NCBI GenBank assembly: GCA_028694215.1
Contig: JAQUTW010000002.1
Location: 13,915-77,914 of the forward strand
Length of the DNA stretch: 64,000 bases
Source: Paludibacteraceae bacterium
Lineage (GTDB): Bacteria; Bacteroidota; Bacteroidia; Bacteroidales; Paludibacteraceae
Direction: 5' to 3'
The notes under the pieces were generated by a model, which was not told where the DNA came from, ran no database searches, and worked only from the letters and a program-made list of their open reading frames with translations. Of the stretch, positions 58,473 through 64,000 are shown one piece after another; positions within the stretch are counted from its first letter, which is position 1, and each line of letters opens with the position of its first letter. Both the position numbers and the translations under genes were made by a program.

Positions 58473-59570
58473 TTAAGAATAGAACACACTATGCCCATCA
58501 TGGGCAGATAAACGAATTGCAAAGTTAGGAATTTTTTTGATAAGTTGTTCCAATATTATTTCTTTTGTATATTGTTCTGATTCAAAATGTCCAATATCAG
58601 CAATGATAATGGAATTTTCGGCTTCCGAAAATCGATGATAAGTAATGTCCGCTGTAACAAATATATCTGCATCGGCGTATTTTGCATTGCTAATAAAATC
58701 GCCACCGCTGCCACCACATACAGCCACTTTGAAAATGGGACGATTTAATAATTTAGAATGTTTGATACTGCTAACTTGAAATTTTTCTTTTAATAAAGCA
58801 AGAAAATCGCTTTCATTCATTGGCGAATGCAAATTTCCGACGATACCGGAACCTACTTGTGCCCATTTATTTTCTAATGGAATAATATCAAATGCAGGCT
58901 CCTCGTAAGGATGCACTTCTAATAATTCTTTTACAATTTTAGATGTTAAATATTTAGGAAATATTACCTCTAAACGCATTTCATCTTCTGTATGTAATTC
59001 TCCTATATTTCCACAAAACGGATGGCATTTGTCTGATGCTCTAAACGTCCCTTTTCCTATATGTGAAAAGCTACAACAATCATAATTACCAATATTACCA
59101 GCACCTGCTTTAAACATGGCATTTTGAACTTTATCTATACAATTTATCGGCACAAAAGTAACCAACTTGGATAATAGATCCGTTTTAGGAACTAAAACCA
59201 GGGTATTTTGCAAACCTATTTTTTGAGCCATACGAAAACTTACACCATCGTTAGCATTATCCAAATTGGTATGAGCAGCATATAGAGCAATATCATTTTT
59301 TATAGCTTTTGCAACGCAACGCTCAACCTCTGTTTGCCCAATAAGTTTTTTTAATCCTGTAAAAATAATTGGGTGATGTGAAACAATAAGGTTACAATTT
59401 TGTTCAATAGCTTCTTCTATAACAGGCAATGTAACATCAATACATATTAATATACCAGTTATTTCCTGTTGTTTATTGCCAACCAATAATCCTGAGTTGT
59501 CATATTTTTCTTGAAAAGCCAATGGTGCAAAAGATTCTATAATTTCTATTACATTTTGTAGTTTTATCAT
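58473..59570 (-). CDS. Nif3-like dinuclear metal centre protein (GTP cyclohydrolase 1 type 2 family)
   Basis: DNSGLLVG, SHHP, HTNLD and a C-terminal GHFESE pattern. Confidence 0.88.
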   Translation of the reverse strand: MIKLQNVIEIIESFAPLAFQEKYDNSGLLVGNKQQEITGILICIDVTLPVIEEAIEQNCNLIVSHHPIIFTGLKKLIGQTEVERCVAKAIKNDIALYAAHTNLDNANDGVSFRMAQKIGLQNTLVLVPKTDLLSKLVTFVPINCIDKVQNAMFKAGAGNIGNYDCCSFSHIGKGTFRASDKCHPFCGNIGELHTEDEMRLEVIFPKYLTSKIVKELLEVHPYEEPAFDIIPLENKWAQVGSGIVGNLHSPMNESDFLALLKEKFQVSSIKHSKLLNRPIFKVAVCGGSGGDFISNAKYADADIFVTADITYHRFSEAENSIIIADIGHFESEQYTKEIILEQLIKKIPNFAIRLSAHDGHSVFYS

Positions 59571-59607
59571 TGCTATTGTTATTTTAATATAGGAAACACA
59601 ACGGGAA

Positions 59608-62600
59608 TTATACGCGATCTATTTCCTGAAGAGTTGCATAATATAAAAAGGCTTCGGTTTCATATCCCATTTTTGTCAATAAGTCTGCATATTGTTGTAC
59701 CTGACTACAATATTTTTCCTCTTTATTCTTTCCAAACTTATAGTCAACCACAATGGCTCTTTTGCCGTCTATCATTACCCGGTCGGGACGATAAATGGAA
59801 CCATCTGAAAGTAAAATTTCGGTTTCTGTATGCACCTGATATTTGCCTGAGAACCAATCCTGTACTTGTTGATTATTGAAAAAATCTTTTAAATCACTAT
59901 CTATCTGATTTTTATCTGATTGCGAGATAAATCCTCTATCTACCATCATCTGCGACTGATAGTTAATATCTTTAATGCTTTGTATATTCGCAATTAAATT
60001 GTGCATTATCACTCCATATTGACGGTTGTTATCCGTAACAATCATATCATCATTATTGCCCATATGTTGATAATGTAATTTTAATCTATCAAAAGCCGAA
60101 ACAGATATGTATTTTTCAGGCTGATTTTGAACAGTCATCTTGTTTGCTGATTTTGGTTTTATACTGCCTAATATAAGTCGTAACATTTCGTCTGTTTCTT
60201 CTATCTTATCAAATTTAAATGTATCTTGTAAATAGAAATCATTAAATCTTTCTACAAAACGATTTGCTTTACTTGGGGTCTTAGGTAATGGCTCTGTCCA
60301 AATATACAAATTACTTATTGCCCTTGTGAATGCTACATATAGCAAATTCAGGGTATCAATATAATTATAAAGTGTTTCGTCATAATACTCATTATCAAAA
60401 TAGGTTTTATCCAAATCTTTGGTGTAATTGATAGGTGTAATAGGCAAATCATTAAACGGCTCTTCATGAGTTTCACACCACAAAATTCTGGTTTTGGAAT
60501 TTATAAAAGTCCAATCGCAGAAAGGTATTAGGACTGTGTCAAATTCCAAACCTTTGGAACTGTGAATTGTCATTATACGTATCGCATTTTGAGAATCCGG
60601 AACCGGTAAATATTGCTTTACGGATTTTTCATCCCAATATTCAAGGAAATTTTTTATATCAGACTCTTTTTTGAGCGAAAAATCATAAATACAATCTTGA
60701 AATGCCTGTATAAACGGCATATCATTTTGAAATTCAGACAAGTCAAATATAGCTATCAGTTGTTCCGTCAAATCAAAGAGTGATGTATATTCCAGTTGCT
60801 CTAACGCAGCTGCACGCTCCTTCCCCATTAATTCGGTTTGCCAATCTCCTCCATCCATCAAAATATTTAACAACCGATTGGATATACCCTCTTGCTTTAA
60901 GGCAACATATTGAGTAATTAGAATGGCATTATTGTGCTTATCTTGTGGGAAAGACAGATAATTTAATACAGTAATTAAGAACTGAACTGATAATGCAGAA
61001 TTGACCAGTAATGCCTCATTAGAAATAACATCATAGCTATAGCCTTCCTTTTCCGGATGTGTATTGGCATAATTCATCAAAAACTGAGCTATCTCAATCG
61101 CTTCTTTATTTTCACGAGTTAAAATAGCCATTTGACGTAAAGAATAGCCATTATCCTGCATGTTTTCTATCGTTTCTGCCAAATTGTTAAGTGCCGTTTC
61201 TTTCCAGTTTTTATCTTTAATCAATGTTATTTGTACATTACCCTCCGATTCTTTTGTGCTTTTTTGTATTACGTCTGAATAAACCTGACGTATTATGGTA
61301 GCCCTTTCTTGTTCTTCCTGAGTGTTACCAAAAGTATTGGCCAATTTGTCTGCAATAAAAGGAAACAGATGATTATTGAACTGAATGATATTTTTATCAC
61401 TTCGCCAGTTGGTATCTAATACATTAACTTGAGGTTTTACTGCTGCAAAATCCGAACTAACTTTATTATTCAATAGTTTCCAATCTGAATTTCGCCATCG
61501 GTAAATACTTTGCTTAACATCGCCTACAATAAGATTTTCGTTGCCGGAAGCTACACTATTGCGAAGTAATGGCAAAAAATTATTCCATTGCTGAGTGGAA
61601 GTATCCTGAAACTCATCAATCATATAATGCGCAATTGAAACACCTGTTTTTTCGTATATAAAAGGAGTATCACTACCTGCAATAATAGATTCTAAAAATT
61701 CGGATATATTATTGAAAAGCATCAAATTATTTTCTGCTGTATATTGATTTATAGACGTTTCAACATCAGAAAGGATGCCCAATACATATAAATTTTTAAG
61801 GATAACTTTAGCGGTTTTGTATGCTTTACAAGAATCGCCCTCAATAAGGCTGATAGTATTTACCAACAACGGATTTAAGTCATCATACGAGTTTATGATA
61901 TCTTGTTCTTTCGGAGAGTTTTTTGTGTACCATTCCTCTACATTATCTTGAGCGTTTTTAACACTATCGGATACCTCGTAGTTCTGATTTCTGATTTTAA
62001 AAAAAATGGTGCAAAACGATCTGCTTTTGCCTTTAAAATCGGTTGACTGCAAATTATATTTCTTCAACACGGCTTCTGCTGCTTCTCCAATTGACGACAT
62101 TTTATGCTCAAACTCATCAACTATTTGTTGTAATTGTTTTTGATAACCGGATAAGAATGTTTTGTTGGCTAATTTAGAAGCTAAACTTTTGATGTGTTTT
62201 TTATAATTTTCTTTGAATATTTCTTTGGACAGACCTTTGATTTCTGACCTAAAATCCCATTTGCTATCCATATCAATACGATCTTCAGAGAATTTAATCA
62301 GCCATTTTAGCAGCTCACCATTTTCAGGCTTATCCAAATTGAGCAACATATTGTTAATGGCATAACCTAAAACCTCTTCGCTGTTCATTTCTATGGCATA
62401 TCCATCTAAAGACAGCTCTCGTGTAAAGGCAGTAACAATTTGTTGGAAAAATCCATCGATAGTACTAATATAAAATCCGGAATAATCATGTAAAATATTA
62501 TTTAAAAAAAAGTAAGATACCGATTTAATATTTTCCTGCGATAACTGAGGAAAATCATGATTGAGCATTTTTAAATATTGTGATTGACCTTTCGTTAAAG

Positions 62601-62793
62601 CAAAAAGTTCTTTTATAATGCGACGTTTCATTTCGTCCGTAGCTTTGTGTGTAAAAGTTACAGCCAAAATATGGCGATAAGCCTGTTTATCTCCTCTACT
62701 CTCAAATAAAAATTTTATAAAATCGTAAGTTAAACGGAATGTTTTTCCCGAACCGGCCGATGCTTTATAGATATTGATAAGATTCTGTGGCAT
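59608..62793 (-). CDS. UvrD/AddA-like helicase fused to a C-terminal PD-(D/E)XK nuclease
   Basis: ASAGSGKTF Walker A, DEFQDTS, a TIHSSKGLEF-like motif, and C-terminal RPDRVMID...VVDYKFGK. I use the ATG at 62793 because a -7 motif overlaps the longer start. Confidence 0.85.
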   Translation of the reverse strand: MPQNLINIYKASAGSGKTFRLTYDFIKFLFESRGDKQAYRHILAVTFTHKATDEMKRRIIKELFALTKGQSQYLKMLNHDFPQLSQENIKSVSYFFLNNILHDYSGFYISTIDGFFQQIVTAFTRELSLDGYAIEMNSEEVLGYAINNMLLNLDKPENGELLKWLIKFSEDRIDMDSKWDFRSEIKGLSKEIFKENYKKHIKSLASKLANKTFLSGYQKQLQQIVDEFEHKMSSIGEAAEAVLKKYNLQSTDFKGKSRSFCTIFFKIRNQNYEVSDSVKNAQDNVEEWYTKNSPKEQDIINSYDDLNPLLVNTISLIEGDSCKAYKTAKVILKNLYVLGILSDVETSINQYTAENNLMLFNNISEFLESIIAGSDTPFIYEKTGVSIAHYMIDEFQDTSTQQWNNFLPLLRNSVASGNENLIVGDVKQSIYRWRNSDWKLLNNKVSSDFAAVKPQVNVLDTNWRSDKNIIQFNNHLFPFIADKLANTFGNTQEEQERATIIRQVYSDVIQKSTKESEGNVQITLIKDKNWKETALNNLAETIENMQDNGYSLRQMAILTRENKEAIEIAQFLMNYANTHPEKEGYSYDVISNEALLVNSALSVQFLITVLNYLSFPQDKHNNAILITQYVALKQEGISNRLLNILMDGGDWQTELMGKERAAALEQLEYTSLFDLTEQLIAIFDLSEFQNDMPFIQAFQDCIYDFSLKKESDIKNFLEYWDEKSVKQYLPVPDSQNAIRIMTIHSSKGLEFDTVLIPFCDWTFINSKTRILWCETHEEPFNDLPITPINYTKDLDKTYFDNEYYDETLYNYIDTLNLLYVAFTRAISNLYIWTEPLPKTPSKANRFVERFNDFYLQDTFKFDKIEETDEMLRLILGSIKPKSANKMTVQNQPEKYISVSAFDRLKLHYQHMGNNDDMIVTDNNRQYGVIMHNLIANIQSIKDINYQSQMMVDRGFISQSDKNQIDSDLKDFFNNQQVQDWFSGKYQVHTETEILLSDGSIYRPDRVMIDGKRAIVVDYKFGKNKEEKYCSQVQQYADLLTKMGYETEAFLYYATLQEIDRV

Positions 62794-62816
62794 TATTTTT
62801 GCATAAAATTTTCGTT

Positions 62817-62824
62817 CAAAGATA
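62817..62824 (-). promoter_or_regulatory. -7 element TATCTTTG (minus strand) for the helicase-nuclease gene
   Basis: The plus strand reads CAAAGATA, 24 nt upstream of the ATG at 62793. Confidence 0.6.
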
Positions 62825-62938
62825 AACATAAAAAAGCAAAAAGAGCAAAATTTAAACTGAAAAAAAATAAAATTTGAAAGTACAACGTTTTTTTCTAAGA
62901 AATTAAAGTTTATTTGTCTTTTATATGAAAAAAAATTG

Positions 62939-62946
62939 TAACTTTG
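62939..62946 (+). promoter_or_regulatory. -7 element TAACTTTG for plsC
   Basis: TAnnTTTG match 18 nt before the ATG at 62964. Confidence 0.55.
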
Positions 62947-62963
62947 TCAATTAATCGGTTTTT

Positions 62964-63695
62964 ATGAAAAGGAAAAATAATCCATTTTTAATTTGTTATT
63001 CGCTTCTGATTTTTTACCCTATTGCACTGATAATTACTTTTTTAACTTCGGTTTCTACTATCATTTTTTCATTATTAATAGGTGACCGTAAATTATCGTA
63101 TTATCCTGCAATTATTTGGTCACGCCTAATATGTGCATTAGCACTGTTAAAGGTTAATGTTTCCGGATTAGAAAATTATGACCCACACAAATCTTATATT
63201 TTTATAGCAAACCATCAAAGTATATTAGATATTTTTTTAGTGTATGGATGGCTTGATAGCCGTTTTAAATGGATTATGAAAAAAGAAATTCGTCATATTC
63301 CATTAGTTGGTAAAGCATGCGAAATGGTCGGACACATTTTTATAGATCGCAGCAGTGCCATAAAAGCTAAAAAAAGCATCGATAAAGCCGAAGTTTTATT
63401 AAGAAATGGAGCCTCTGTTGTTCTTTTTCCAGAAGGTAGTCGAACACGCACAGGCGACCTACAGAAATTCAAACGCGGAGCTTTCTTTTTAGCTACAGAT
63501 TTAAGCTTAGAAGTTGTTCCAATCACCATAAAAGGTGCCTATCAAGCTTGGCCTCCACGTTCTATTTTTATAAAACCGGGAAGTATAGAAATAATCATTC
63601 ATAGCCCTCTATCTACAGAAGGCCTGACCCATGACAATTTACATGAGTTTATAGAACAAACTCGTAATATTATAGAACAACCTCTGTTACAATAA
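62964..63695 (+). CDS. plsC: 1-acyl-sn-glycerol-3-phosphate acyltransferase
   Basis: ANHQSILD (HX4D) and FPEGSRT motifs. Confidence 0.9.
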   Translation: MKRKNNPFLICYSLLIFYPIALIITFLTSVSTIIFSLLIGDRKLSYYPAIIWSRLICALALLKVNVSGLENYDPHKSYIFIANHQSILDIFLVYGWLDSRFKWIMKKEIRHIPLVGKACEMVGHIFIDRSSAIKAKKSIDKAEVLLRNGASVVLFPEGSRTRTGDLQKFKRGAFFLATDLSLEVVPITIKGAYQAWPPRSIFIKPGSIEIIIHSPLSTEGLTHDNLHEFIEQTRNIIEQPLLQ

Positions 63696-63737
63696 ATCGT
63701 ATGAAAGATCGTTAGAATCAAATAATTAAAGCCTATC

Positions 63738-64000
63738 ATGAAGCACATCTTTCTTATAAGTTTATTTTTATATTTAGCTGTTGGCGTTTTGTGTCAACCG
63801 TTAAGTACAAAATCACTTAAAGCAAAAACATATTATCAAGATGCGATTGCTTCTATGAGTATCGTGCAAAAAGAAATGTATTTAAAGGCTGCCATAAAAA
63901 AAGATAAAAATTTTGTGGAGGCCTATTGGCAATTGGCACAACTTTATATCAATTATAAAAAAGACTCTGTTGGAATTGCACTATTACAGGACATTGTTGC
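63738..64000 (+). CDS. Secreted TPR-like protein, 5' partial (continues past the window end)
   Basis: The ATG at 63738 gives MKHIFLISLFLYLAVGVLCQ (signal peptide), then TPR-like YYQDAIA...EAYWQLAQLY. No stop occurs before position 64000. Confidence 0.6.
   Translation, partial: MKHIFLISLFLYLAVGVLCQPLSTKSLKAKTYYQDAIASMSIVQKEMYLKAAIKKDKNFVEAYWQLAQLYINYKKDSVGIALLQDIV

Noticed and set aside
1-64000. CRISPR arrays, rRNA operons, IS elements or transposases, and prophage genes
   Set aside because: I noticed no tandem repeat-spacer pattern, no rRNA-like conserved blocks, and no transposase, integrase (other than XerD), capsid or terminase-like translations in the track or in the intergenic regions I read.

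Overview
The window looks like a low-GC chromosomal segment from a Bacteroidota (Bacteroidales-like) genome. My spot counts on single 60-nt lines give about 33-38% GC. Support for the taxon call is gene content (dnaA, gyrA, gcvP, ispG, DUF4290, a short AMP nucleosidase, an LptD-like OMP) and the Bacteroides-type -7 promoter element TAnnTTTG, very often as exact TATCTTTG, sitting 20-35 nt upstream of many start codons. Most of the window is housekeeping: about 50 CDS, tRNA-Ser(GCU), tRNA-Pro(UGG), and many clean, often bidirectional, hairpin terminators. I saw no rRNA, CRISPR array, transposase or phage integrase. The accessory or unusual content is as follows. (1) A 1250-aa single-chain R-M-S restriction-modification enzyme (Type IIB/IIG architecture) with mosaic base composition. 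(2) A separate low-GC Type II pair, a gamma-class N6-adenine methyltransferase with an overlapping small nuclease. (3) Both R-M loci appear to have a roughly 285-310 nt leader between an exact TATCTTTG motif and the start codon. Each leader holds a large multi-helix RNA/DNA structure that I cannot assign to any known family. (4) A sharply GC-rich Old-Yellow-Enzyme gene lies next to a steroid-5-alpha-reductase-like gene. (5) A chimeric pseudogene marks a deletion that fused the 5' end of a histidine/aromatic ammonia-lyase gene to the 3' half of a PaaK-like CoA-ligase gene. (6) A 617-bp AT-rich spacer upstream of an XRE-type regulator carries four TTACA-N2-TGTAA palindromes. All function calls come from reading the supplied translations, and none was checked against a database.
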